Shown here one piece after another: positions 48,196 to 57,633 of a stretch of DNA of 64,000 bases (position 1 is the first letter of the stretch; every line of letters begins with the position of its first letter). Source of the DNA: an uncultured Arcobacter sp. GTDB lineage: Bacteria > Campylobacterota > Campylobacteria > Campylobacterales > Arcobacteraceae. The position numbers and the translations under genes were made by a program. The DNA lies in assembly GCA_965305115.1 (NCBI GenBank), contig CBDLOJ010000007.1:29723-93722 (forward strand), in the 5' to 3' direction. A model generated the notes under the pieces. The model ran no database searches. It had not been told where the DNA came from and saw nothing but the letters and a program-made list of their open reading frames with translations.

Positions 48196-49426
48196 TGGTT
48201 GTAGTACCAAAAATGGCATGCTAGATCCAAGTCAGCCAAAAATTGACGAATCTTTAGAAGTTGTAGATTCTGAATCTATTCGACATATTTCAGAAATCAC
48301 GTCAATCGCCTTTGAATGGCGAAAAGTGGATGACCCACGTGTAGATGGTTATAACCTTTACAGAGCAAATGTACAAGAAGATGGTGATAAACTAAAACAA
48401 GTTGATTTTATAGAAAATAGATACGCAACACACTTTGTTGATGAAGACCTAGAACCAAATACAAAATATATTTATTCTTTTTCAAGTAATACAGAAAGTG
48501 GATATGAGTCAAAACCAACGAACTCAATTGAAGTAACAACAGCTGACCGTCCAGAGGCCGTGCCATTTATTCAAGCTATTTCAAACTTACCACGACAAAT
48601 TAAAGTATTGTGGCGTCCACACAGTAGTTTAAATATAGAATACTATAAAATTGAACGTTCAACACCACAATCATCTGAATGGAGAAATCTTGATACTCTT
48701 GATGGACGATTACAATCAGAATTTATTGACACTGACTTAGAGGATAATGTTGTTTACATTTACCGAGTTACAGCATATACTTTTGAAGATATTGCGTCGT
48801 ATCCAAGTAAAATTGTAAGAGCACAAACAAAACCTCTACCAGCAGGTGTAATGAGTTTACGAGCCTCAACTGATTTACCACGAAAAATCATGTTAAATTG
48901 GCAACCTTCTGAAAACAGTGATATTGTTCAATATAATATTTACAGAAATACCTCGGCAGATGGTTCATTTGATTTATTAAAAAGAGTTAATAAAGAGACT
49001 GTACAATACGAAGACTTTATCAATGAAGATGGAAAAACATACTTTTATAAAGTAACTGCAACAGATATTGATAATTTAGAGAGTAGTATTCATAAAAATG
49101 CAGTTATGGGTATCACGTTACCAAAACTTAATAAACCTGTATTAACCCTAGCCCAAATCCAAGGGGAAAAAGCTATTTTAAATTGGTTAGCAGGAGATAA
49201 AAGAGCAGTAAGTTATAACATTTACAAAAACATCAAGGATGGTATGTTTGATTCACGACAAGAGAAATTTACAAACATTACAGACTTACGATTTGAAGAT
49301 AATGATATTGTAAGAGGAGTTGAGTACAAATACTCAGTTGAGTCTGTTGATCAATATGGTATTGTTTCAGAAACAACCAATGAAACACTTTTAGTATTAC
49401 CAAAACTTCAAGAGGTAGCACAGTAG
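48143..49426 (+). CDS. flpA: Fibronectin type III-repeat lipoprotein, FlpA-like
   Basis: The track ORF starts at 48116. The start at 48143 gives MRNWMKVISSLFLILLVSGCS (lipobox). Repeated ...YNLYR/YKIER/YNIYR...YxYxV FN3-like units follow. Its position between rluD and trmB matches C. jejuni flpA as I recall it. Confidence 0.7.
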   Translation: MRNWMKVISSLFLILLVSGCSTKNGMLDPSQPKIDESLEVVDSESIRHISEITSIAFEWRKVDDPRVDGYNLYRANVQEDGDKLKQVDFIENRYATHFVDEDLEPNTKYIYSFSSNTESGYESKPTNSIEVTTADRPEAVPFIQAISNLPRQIKVLWRPHSSLNIEYYKIERSTPQSSEWRNLDTLDGRLQSEFIDTDLEDNVVYIYRVTAYTFEDIASYPSKIVRAQTKPLPAGVMSLRASTDLPRKIMLNWQPSENSDIVQYNIYRNTSADGSFDLLKRVNKETVQYEDFINEDGKTYFYKVTATDIDNLESSIHKNAVMGITLPKLNKPVLTLAQIQGEKAILNWLAGDKRAVSYNIYKNIKDGMFDSRQEKFTNITDLRFEDNDIVRGVEYKYSVESVDQYGIVSETTNETLLVLPKLQEVAQ

Positions 49427-49429
49427 AAT

Positions 49430-50617
49430 ATGCCTCACATTGTCTTTAAAAAACAAGAGTTAAAATCACCCCCACTTTCAGTTAATGGGGTTGATTTTGA
49501 TTTTATTGCCACCTCATTTAATAACACAAATAAAGAACGACGAACAGAGTATAAAATCGCTGTTAACTACGAAAATAAAGAGTTTCTTCTTACTTTAAAA
49601 AACAAAGATGAAGACTATCTTCTCAAAGCAGATAAAGTGACACGTGTTACGCCTATTGAAACCGTTAAAAGTGCTCTAAATGCTTACGTTGAAGCAAACG
49701 GTGCATCAATACTATTTTCCAATACTGCAAACCTAACACAAAAAGTACAACCTGACAAAGAGTACCTAAAAGATATTGATTTTTTTGTTGATGAGTTTGA
49801 AACAAACAAAGAGATTCAAATTGAAGTAGGTTTTGGAAGTGGTCGCCACCTATTACATCAAGCAGCAGCTAATCCAGATGTTCAATTTATTGGCTTAGAG
49901 ATTCACACTCCATCAATTGAACAACTTTTAAAACAGATTAAAATCCAAGGTCTAACCAATATTTTGGCCATCAATTATGATGCACGGCTTTTTATGGAGT
50001 TTATTAAATCTAACAAAGTGGGAAAAATTTTTGTTCATTTCCCAGTTCCTTGGGATAAAAAACCACACAGACGTGTCTACTCAAACGACTTTATTGCTGA
50101 GGCACAACGGGTTTTAAAACCATCAGGTACTTTAGAATTACGAACGGACAGTCGAAAATATTTTGATTATTGTATGGATTTACTCACCCATTTACACAGC
50201 GGTAAAATTACTGTTGATATCAATAAAGACCTACAAGTTTCTAGTAAATATGAAGACCGTTGGAAGAAACAAGGTAAAAATATTTATGATGTTGTTCTTA
50301 AGTCTAGTGAAATAAGCCCAGAAGTAACACATAACTACAACTTTAATTTTGACAAAGAGATTGATTTTGATGTTACAAAGACGCAACTTCCAACCAAAGC
50401 AATTGTAGAAAAAGATTATGTTGTTCACATTGAAGATATCTATGTAATCGAACAATTTGAAAACTCAGGATTGATTCAAGTAACACTTGGAAGTTTTAAT
50501 CGACCAGTAAGTAAGTATATTTTAGTTAAAAATGGTAGAATAGCCTATTTTCAAGGAAAACCTATCCCAACCAGTGCTAATATTAAAGCGCATGAAAAGT
50601 TAAAAGAGATTTTATGA
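49430..50617 (+). CDS. trmB: tRNA (guanine46-N7)-methyltransferase, long form
   Basis: 395-aa ORF. EVGFGSGRHLL...IGLEIH and FPVPWDKKPHRRV are TrmB motifs. An N-terminal extension is present. Confidence 0.85.
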   Translation: MPHIVFKKQELKSPPLSVNGVDFDFIATSFNNTNKERRTEYKIAVNYENKEFLLTLKNKDEDYLLKADKVTRVTPIETVKSALNAYVEANGASILFSNTANLTQKVQPDKEYLKDIDFFVDEFETNKEIQIEVGFGSGRHLLHQAAANPDVQFIGLEIHTPSIEQLLKQIKIQGLTNILAINYDARLFMEFIKSNKVGKIFVHFPVPWDKKPHRRVYSNDFIAEAQRVLKPSGTLELRTDSRKYFDYCMDLLTHLHSGKITVDINKDLQVSSKYEDRWKKQGKNIYDVVLKSSEISPEVTHNYNFNFDKEIDFDVTKTQLPTKAIVEKDYVVHIEDIYVIEQFENSGLIQVTLGSFNRPVSKYILVKNGRIAYFQGKPIPTSANIKAHEKLKEIL

Positions 50618-51276
50618 TTGAAGCAAAGAATATTTATTTAGCCTATGATGAAAATAAATTTATTATCAAAAAAGGTACGTTTAGTATTAAAAATAAAGAG
50701 TTTATCTTTATTGGAGGAAATAGTGGTAGTGGTAAATCGACACTGCTCAAATCTTTTTATGGAGAAATTCCTCTTAAACATGGAAACCTCACAATTGACA
50801 ATCATAAACTAAATAATATTTCAAGCAAAAATCTAAAAACATTACGAAAAGATATTGGAATTATTTTCCAAGATTATAAACTTATTAAAGAGTGGACCAT
50901 AGAAGAAAACATTATGTTACCACTTAAAATCAATGGTTATGCACACGATGTCTCTGTTGTTCAAGCAGAAAAACTTTTAGCACACGTTAAACTCTCACAT
51001 CGTAAAGGGTACTATCCAAATGAACTCTCAGGTGGTGAGCAACAACGAGTTGCCGTAGCACGTGCATTAGCACACAATCCTAAAATCATTATTGCCGATG
51101 AGCCTACGGGTAACCTTGATGACTACTCAGCTGATGTTGTTTGGAATCTTTTAAAAGGTGCTAATGAACAACTTGGTATTACCGTAGTAGTTGTAACACA
51201 CAGGGTTCCAAAAAACTTTGGTATTCGTTCCCGACAATTTAAAATTCAAGATGGAATAATCTATGAAGTCTCTTAA
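50614..51276 (+). CDS. ftsE: Cell-division ABC ATPase FtsE
   Basis: 220-aa ORF with [25 protein letters not shown] and [11 protein letters not shown]. It overlaps trmB by 4 nt. Confidence 0.85.
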   Translation: MIEAKNIYLAYDENKFIIKKGTFSIKNKEFIFIGGNSGSGKSTLLKSFYGEIPLKHGNLTIDNHKLNNISSKNLKTLRKDIGIIFQDYKLIKEWTIEENIMLPLKINGYAHDVSVVQAEKLLAHVKLSHRKGYYPNELSGGEQQRVAVARALAHNPKIIIADEPTGNLDDYSADVVWNLLKGANEQLGITVVVVTHRVPKNFGIRSRQFKIQDGIIYEVS

Positions 51277-52081
51277 ACATATATTTGCCTTTACAATCCC
51301 GTTAACTGCTATGTTAATTACTTTTGCAATCTTTTTGATTACTAATAATATGGTACAAGATTATAAAGTAAAAATTTCAAATGATTACTCCATTGTAATC
51401 GTAACCTATACACCCCTTGATAAACAGAGTCTTGATGAACTTGCAGGCATCAAAGTAAAAACCATAGCGACCTTAAAAAAAGAGCAAATATTAGAGAATG
51501 TTCAAAGTGATTTATCCCGTTCGTCACTCAAACTTCTTAAGCAGAAACTTCCTCACTTTTATCAAATTTATTTAGAAGACTTTCCTACAACAACAGAACT
51601 TTTTTCAATCAAAGAAGAACTTAATAAAAATAAGAACATTAAAAAAGTAGAAATATTCTCAAAGAATCATAACCAAGTCTATTTACTGCTTCTTTTAATT
51701 AATAATATTATTATCATTTTATTTGCAGTAATTTTGATTTTTGCAATGATTATTTTATCAAAACAAGTTACAATTTGGTTTTATGAACACAATGAACGTA
51801 TTACAATTTTTCAACTTCATGGAGCTTCCATTTTGTATAGTGCTTCGACGGTTTTAAAGTACGCTATGTTAGGAGCACTAAGTGCATCACTTATAGTTTC
51901 AGGTATTTTTATGTTTATTACGAACAATTTACTTTTAGTTGTGCCCTCAGAGCTTACAACAGTTATTAATACAACGTTTGTTTTAAAATATGAAATTGCA
52001 AAACTTTTTGGTTTATCTTTTGGGATCTCAATCGTAACAATATTTGGTGTATTATTTAAGTATAAAATAAAAAATGACTAA
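51263..52081 (+). CDS. ftsX: FtsX-like permease
   Basis: 272-aa ORF with a TM-loop-3TM topology, coupled to ftsE. Confidence 0.7.
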   Translation: MKSLKHIFAFTIPLTAMLITFAIFLITNNMVQDYKVKISNDYSIVIVTYTPLDKQSLDELAGIKVKTIATLKKEQILENVQSDLSRSSLKLLKQKLPHFYQIYLEDFPTTTELFSIKEELNKNKNIKKVEIFSKNHNQVYLLLLLINNIIIILFAVILIFAMIILSKQVTIWFYEHNERITIFQLHGASILYSASTVLKYAMLGALSASLIVSGIFMFITNNLLLVVPSELTTVINTTFVLKYEIAKLFGLSFGISIVTIFGVLFKYKIKND

Positions 52082-53360
52082 ACTACTTTTTTTACTTTTT
52101 ATTATTGTTAGTATTGCTTTTTCAGCATCCAATGATTTGGATAAAAAAATTGAGTCACAAAAAAGCTCATTAGCAAAACAATCAAATGAAAAAAAAAGAA
52201 CTGCCACAAAAATCAAAACCTTAGCAAAACAGATTAACTCGCAAAGTTATGAGCTTAAAAAACTTGAAGACGAAATCAAAATTGTCAATGCAGATATCGA
52301 TGAACATCAAAAACTTTTAAGTAGTTCTAAAAATGAGCTCTCAATTTTAAATCTAAAATCAAAAGTATTATTAAAACGAAAAATATCATCAGAGGATCAA
52401 CTCATTGATCTTATTATTGAAGACTACTCTGCTTCTAAAGCAATTCAATTAGCCAATGAAAACTCTTTAGAAGAGTTAATTAACAGTGAAATATATCATC
52501 TAATATCACAAAATACCCGAGATGTTATCTTAAAAATTGATAACAAATATATGGAGATAGCCCAAGAAAAGATTTCAAATGAAAGAAGCGTTTCTCAACT
52601 TTCAACATATATTGAAAAAAGAAAAAAGAAAATTAAAATACTAAATTTTCTAAAACAAAAGCACTCTAAATCTCTAAAAAGTTTAGAAGGCAAACATAAT
52701 GAATATCAATCTGCACTAAAAAAAACAATCAAAAAACAGAAATCTCTTGCTGATTTATTAGGAAAATTAAATATCCTAAAAAAAGCAGAGCTAAAAAAAG
52801 AACAAATACGAAAAGAGAAAGAACGAAAACGTCTCTTAGCGCTTAAAAAGAAACAACAATTAAAAAAGAAAACCAGTCGTACGCAAAAACAAGTCCAAGC
52901 TAACAACGCAGAAAAAATTGACTTAGATGTTAGAATGTTAGGTTCTTCAACCAAAGGTGTAAAAATATCACGTTATAGAGGAGTTAAAACTATTGCTCCA
53001 CTTAAAAGATATACAACCATTAAAAAGTTTGGTAAATATTTCGACCCTGTTTACAAAATCAAACTCTTTAATGAATCTGTTGTTTTAAAAAGTCACGAAC
53101 GTCATGCAAAAGTTTACGCAGTGCTCAATGGAAAAGTTGTTTATGCAAAACAAAATGCAGGTATGCTAGAAAATGTTGTAATTATTCAACATAAAAATGG
53201 ACTGCATACTATCTACTCTCATTTAAATCAGATTTCTCCAACACTGCGCGTAGGTAAATGGATTAAAAAAGGGTATGTTGTGGGTCGTGTGGATGAAAAC
53301 CTCACATTTCAAGCAACAAAAAACAATGCACACATAAATCCAGAGGATTTATTTAAATAA
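52074..53360 (+). CDS. envC: EnvC-like coiled-coil protein with degenerate LytM (M23) domain
   Basis: 428-aa ORF with a signal peptide, a long Lys-rich coiled coil and a C-terminal M23-like fold. It lacks the HxxxD and HxH metal ligands (LTFQAT in place of HLHFE). Confidence 0.7.
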   Translation: MTKLLFLLFIIVSIAFSASNDLDKKIESQKSSLAKQSNEKKRTATKIKTLAKQINSQSYELKKLEDEIKIVNADIDEHQKLLSSSKNELSILNLKSKVLLKRKISSEDQLIDLIIEDYSASKAIQLANENSLEELINSEIYHLISQNTRDVILKIDNKYMEIAQEKISNERSVSQLSTYIEKRKKKIKILNFLKQKHSKSLKSLEGKHNEYQSALKKTIKKQKSLADLLGKLNILKKAELKKEQIRKEKERKRLLALKKKQQLKKKTSRTQKQVQANNAEKIDLDVRMLGSSTKGVKISRYRGVKTIAPLKRYTTIKKFGKYFDPVYKIKLFNESVVLKSHERHAKVYAVLNGKVVYAKQNAGMLENVVIIQHKNGLHTIYSHLNQISPTLRVGKWIKKGYVVGRVDENLTFQATKNNAHINPEDLFK

Positions 53361-53376
53361 AATATCAAGGCTGTTT

Positions 53377-55224
53377 ATGAATAATAAGAATTTTGTTATC
53401 CAATTAATTGTAATGGTTATTATAATTGCTGTCACTATAACAATACTAAGTCTTTATAACTTACGAACTACAGGTGTTAAATCTGCTCTTCACAATGCTG
53501 AATCAATCTCTGAAGTAATAAAAAGTGGACTGACTTCACATATGGTTAATAACAATATGGATCAAATTGATACTTTCTTACAGTCTGTTTCAAATATCAA
53601 AAATGTGGAAAAACTTTGGTTAGTACGAAGCGATCTTCTCAATCAACAATTTAATACCAATAAAAAAAATGCACCTCGAGATGATATTGACAAAGAAGTT
53701 TTAAGAACAGGACAAATGCGTTATGAAATCGATGAAAGTGTTACTAAGACCCTTGTAAGAGTAAGTATCCCTTATAATGCTATTGCAGATAAGGGAATTG
53801 ACTGTTTACGATGTCATATGGTTCCCCATGAAGCAACTTTGGGAGCGGTATCATTGGTTTTAGATATTAGTACAATCAAAGAGATTGGAATTGAGTCGAT
53901 TTATATTATTAGTCTACTAATTTTAGCATCAATTATTTTTATCATTTTATTTAGTAAACGTATTTTAAATCCTTATATTAAACTCTTTGAAAAATTTAAA
54001 ACAAACATGGCACAAGCAACAATGGGTAAATTCAAAAAAATAGCTGCTCCAAAGGGACTCTCTAATGACATGCTTCATATTACTGAAGATTACAACAACT
54101 TAATAACAACTTTTAAAGATACTGCTGGTGACATTGATAAAAAACTTCAAGGATTTGTGGGTCACAATATTTCCAATAAAAATAGAAATCCACTTAATGA
54201 ATCAAAAGAGATTATTAACAATCTATCAAACCTTTATCAATTTAAAAAACAAGTTGAACATGATGATACAAAAGAGGAAATTTACAGTCGTTTAGCAGAT
54301 GTACTCAAAAACAAATTTAAGATTACTAACTTTACCTTTGTAGAAATTGATATGCTTAAACACAAAATGACCAAAGTTCAAGAATCAGGTGAATCTTTCT
54401 ATTGTGAAAAAACCATGTGTGAATCCCCAGAATTATGCCGTGCAGCACGAACTAAAAATGATGTAGTGTCAATTGACTATCATAACAGTTGTCCCTATTT
54501 TGAAAAAGAGGATAAGTTCTATTACTGCTTTAATATCAATATTGCTAAAAGTCTTTATTTAATAGTACACTGTGTCTGTAATACAAAAACAGAATTAGAA
54601 GAGTTAAAAGACCAAGTTATCTTTATACGAAGTTATTTAAAAGAGTCTGCCCCTGCACTTGAAGTAAAACAGTTAATGAATGCACTTAAAGAATCTGCAT
54701 TTAGAGATGGATTAACTGGTCTATATAATAGAAAATTCTTAGATGAACATACCAAAAAACTGATTCCTCAAGCACGACGTGAAGAGATGAATATTGGTGT
54801 GCTTATGTTAGATATGGATCACTTTAAAGCAGTTAACGATGAATATGGTCATGATATTGGAGACAAAGTTCTTAAAGAGTTAGCAAGAATTCTAGAAGAG
54901 ACTGTGCGTGAATCTGATTTAGTTATTCGGTATGGGGGAGAAGAGTTTATTATTCTTCTTGTTGGGGTTAAAACAGAAGAAGATGCTTTAGCTGTTGCCC
55001 ACAAAATTGGTCAAAATGTTCGAGAAAATGAGATTGATGTTTATGCAGGAAGTAAACTACGAAAAACAGTGAGTCTTGGATTATCCATGTTCCCTAATGA
55101 CTCTACTTCAATTGATGCTGTTCTTAAAAATGCTGATATTGCACTCTATGAAGCTAAAAACTCTGGTCGAGATAAAGTGATTCGATTTAATGAAGAACAA
55201 GTTTCAAGTGTTGATCTTTTCTAA
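53377..55224 (+). CDS. Diguanylate cyclase (GGDEF) with periplasmic CxxCH sensor domain
   Basis: 615-aa ORF with CLRCH at nt 53803-53817 (a DUF3365/Tll0287-like heme-c motif). A TM segment, a Cys-rich region and then LTGLYNRKF...RYGGEEF follow. Confidence 0.85.
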   Translation: MNNKNFVIQLIVMVIIIAVTITILSLYNLRTTGVKSALHNAESISEVIKSGLTSHMVNNNMDQIDTFLQSVSNIKNVEKLWLVRSDLLNQQFNTNKKNAPRDDIDKEVLRTGQMRYEIDESVTKTLVRVSIPYNAIADKGIDCLRCHMVPHEATLGAVSLVLDISTIKEIGIESIYIISLLILASIIFIILFSKRILNPYIKLFEKFKTNMAQATMGKFKKIAAPKGLSNDMLHITEDYNNLITTFKDTAGDIDKKLQGFVGHNISNKNRNPLNESKEIINNLSNLYQFKKQVEHDDTKEEIYSRLADVLKNKFKITNFTFVEIDMLKHKMTKVQESGESFYCEKTMCESPELCRAARTKNDVVSIDYHNSCPYFEKEDKFYYCFNINIAKSLYLIVHCVCNTKTELEELKDQVIFIRSYLKESAPALEVKQLMNALKESAFRDGLTGLYNRKFLDEHTKKLIPQARREEMNIGVLMLDMDHFKAVNDEYGHDIGDKVLKELARILEETVRESDLVIRYGGEEFIILLVGVKTEEDALAVAHKIGQNVRENEIDVYAGSKLRKTVSLGLSMFPNDSTSIDAVLKNADIALYEAKNSGRDKVIRFNEEQVSSVDLF

Positions 55225-55233
55225 GAGTAGCAT

Positions 55234-55680
55234 TTGAAACTATATATTGATGGAGATGCTCTTCCCAATCTTTTAAAACCAATTCTTCTTCGCGCAATTG
55301 AACGATTGCACTTAGAAACCTACGTGATTGCCAATAAAAAAATATCCATAGGAAAGTCTGCTAGTATTGAGTATATGATTGTTGAAGCTGGTGCAGATGA
55401 AGCAGATAATAAAATTGTTGAATTCTTAAAAGAAGGTGATTTAGTTATCACAGCAGACATCCCCCTTGCTGATAGAGTTATCACTAAAAATGCCCATGCT
55501 ATTGACCACCGTGGTGAAATCTACACCCAAGATAATATCAAACACTATTTAGCCATGCGAAACCTCATGCAAGAGATTCGAGATAGTGGCGAAGTTACCA
55601 AAGGACCTACTGCTTTTTCTCAAAAAGATTGCCAGAATTTTGCTAATTCTTTAAATAAATTTTTACAAAATACAAACTAA
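55234..55680 (+). CDS. YaiI/YqxD-family protein (UPF0178/DUF188)
   Basis: 148-aa ORF with a TTG start, reading LYIDGDALPN...VITADIPLA. Confidence 0.7.
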   Translation: MKLYIDGDALPNLLKPILLRAIERLHLETYVIANKKISIGKSASIEYMIVEAGADEADNKIVEFLKEGDLVITADIPLADRVITKNAHAIDHRGEIYTQDNIKHYLAMRNLMQEIRDSGEVTKGPTAFSQKDCQNFANSLNKFLQNTN

Positions 55681-55737
55681 CTTCACAATTACTGCATAAT
55701 TATTTTTTACAATACTTTCATATCTTGGAGGTACATC

Positions 55738-56370
55738 ATGAGACTCTTTTATTTATTAATAATCCTTACTCTTTTTCTTAAAGGATGTTTCTCTTCCTAC
55801 CCCATGAATTTAACAAAAGAAGAGTATCAACAACTAAATCTCCAAGATAGATTAATTCTCAAAGAAAAACAAGCACAACTTGATAATAAACTGCGTATTC
55901 AAAGAGTTAAAAAAGAGCAAGAAGCAAACAAACAAGCTCATGAGCTAGCACTCATTGAAAGTAAAAAAGTAGAAAAACTTTATAAAAGAAGTCCTGAAAA
56001 ACTTTTTGTTTCAATTACACAAGGAGAAATCAAACAGTTAAAGAAAGGTTACTTTATCAAACCATTTGAAATAGTCCCTTATGAAGTCAAACGCCTCAAT
56101 GTATATAGAAAAAACTCCAATAGAGTTCATCACAATATTTGGGTAAGTTTTCAGCCAGAAGGTTTTTATATTGGTCTATACCTACCCAAACAGTTACAGC
56201 ATCTAAACAGCTTTGTCACAGCAAATATTGAAGAGTTTTTTACAAATAGTTATTACCATCCCTACGTTATACCACGTAGCCAAAAATGGTATTTTGATAG
56301 AACTTATAACATCACATTTAAACAACACTACGAGGCAAAAAATTTAAAAGTGAAACTCTATTTAATTTAA
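55738..56370 (+). CDS. Hypothetical lipoprotein
   Basis: 210-aa ORF with lipobox LFLKGC. Confidence 0.5.
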   Translation: MRLFYLLIILTLFLKGCFSSYPMNLTKEEYQQLNLQDRLILKEKQAQLDNKLRIQRVKKEQEANKQAHELALIESKKVEKLYKRSPEKLFVSITQGEIKQLKKGYFIKPFEIVPYEVKRLNVYRKNSNRVHHNIWVSFQPEGFYIGLYLPKQLQHLNSFVTANIEEFFTNSYYHPYVIPRSQKWYFDRTYNITFKQHYEAKNLKVKLYLI

Positions 56371-56405
56371 TTAATGATTTTTAGAAAATAAGCAGAAAAT
56401 ATCAT

Positions 56406-56421
56406 TTGACCAAATAGTCAA
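56406..56421. promoter_or_regulatory. TTGAC-N6-GTCAA palindrome (candidate operator), copy 2
   Basis: TTGACCAAATAGTCAA lies just upstream of a TTGATA...TGCTCATAAT promoter-like region for the acetate transporter gene. Confidence 0.45.
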
Positions 56422-56560
56422 ATTTTTGATACTTAAAGTAGCATATGCTCATAATTTTCAGTATTTATTTAAATTAATCTTAAAATGTCATGTTAATATC
56501 ATGCCTAAAGGTTTTAATACAACTTCGACTTATTCGATGATTTTTATCAAAAGAGGCTTT

Positions 56561-57163
56561 ATGGAAAAGAAAATTCAAAGTATGGTTACAGATACTAAGA
56601 TTGTTGATACTACATCAAACCCTGCTCCCCTTGGATTATGTGCATTTGGAATGACTACGGTACTTCTAAATATTCATAACATAGGATTTACAGAGCTTGA
56701 TAGTATGATTTTAGGAATGGGTGTATTCTTTGGGGGATTTGCTCAAATACTTGCAGGATTAATGGAGTTCAAAAAGAATAACACTTTTGGAACAACAGCA
56801 TTTACTGCGTATGGAGTTTTTTGGTTAACATTAGTAACCTTAATTATTTTACCCAAAATGGGAATAACAGCTGCACCATCAAAAATGGCAATGGGCTTTT
56901 ATTTATCTACATGGGGATTATTTACGCTAATGTTGTTTATAGGTACTTTTAGAATCAGCAGAGCACTGCAGTTTGTTTTTGGTTCATTAACTATTTTATT
57001 CTTTTTACTCGCTATTGGCGACTTTACTGGAAATCCAATCTATACACAGATTGCAGGTTATGAAGGAATCATTTGTGGACTTATTGCTATTTATACAGGA
57101 TTAGCTCAAGTGCTCAATGAGCTTTATCAAGAGGAAGTTTGTCCTTTAGGTGCTAGACAATAA
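56561..57163 (+). CDS. satP: GPR1/FUN34/YaaH-family succinate-acetate/proton symporter
   Basis: The track ORF starts at 56426. The start at 56561 (MEKKIQS) is likelier. The NPAPLGL signature and six TM segments are present. Confidence 0.8.
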   Translation: MEKKIQSMVTDTKIVDTTSNPAPLGLCAFGMTTVLLNIHNIGFTELDSMILGMGVFFGGFAQILAGLMEFKKNNTFGTTAFTAYGVFWLTLVTLIILPKMGITAAPSKMAMGFYLSTWGLFTLMLFIGTFRISRALQFVFGSLTILFFLLAIGDFTGNPIYTQIAGYEGIICGLIAIYTGLAQVLNELYQEEVCPLGARQ

Positions 57164-57164
57164 G

Positions 57165-57188
57165 ATAAGAGGCTATTTAGCCTCTTAT
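57165..57188. terminator. Hairpin between convergent genes
   Basis: ATAAGAGGCTA-TT-TAGCCTCTTAT is a near-perfect palindrome. Confidence 0.5.
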
Positions 57189-57201
57189 TAAACACTATTT
57201 A

Positions 57202-57417
57202 TTAACTCTTTTTTCGACGTGCTTTTTTACGCGCTTTTTTCTTTTTTGCTTCTTTATGTTTTTTTGCGATTTTTTTCTCTTCTTTACGAATCTTTTTTTT
57301 CTTACTTAGTTTTGGTCGTTTTGTATCAGCTTTTGTAGGCTTTTTCTTTTTTGCTTTTGGTTTTGTTGATTCTTCTTGTTGTTCAATCTCAACATCAACT
57401 TCATTTTCTTCAGTCAT
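57202..57417 (-). CDS. Small extremely Lys-rich protein with acidic N-terminus
   Basis: 71-aa ORF with an AAGGAA RBS. MTEENEVDVEIEQQEES is followed by KPKAKKKKPTK...KKKKARKKARRKKS. Confidence 0.5.
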   Translation of the reverse strand: MTEENEVDVEIEQQEESTKPKAKKKKPTKADTKRPKLSKKKKIRKEEKKIAKKHKEAKKKKARKKARRKKS

Positions 57418-57489
57418 GGTATTCCTTGTTTATTATGATGGAAGTATAGCGTTATTTGTTATATTTTGAGTAAAAAAAACTAATAATTT

Positions 57490-57632
57490 AAAAAAGTGGA
57501 GGAAAGTGTTAGATTTTGTTTTAATCAAGGCGGAGAGAAAAATTAACCTGGAGTGTACTAAAGTACATGAGCATTTAATTTTTCTATCCAACGCAGAGTA
57601 AAGCAAAAAGATGATGCTTTACTCCATTTTTT
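57490..57632 (+). ncRNA. Structured intergenic element, copy B; candidate small RNA with its own terminator
   Basis: It shares its core with copy A. The flanking complementary arms are AAAAAAGTGGAG and CTCCATTTTTT. A + strand intrinsic terminator GAGTAAAGCA-9 nt-TGCTTTACTC plus T6 lies at 57596-57632, with no + strand CDS upstream. Confidence 0.45.
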
Positions 57633-57633
57633 A

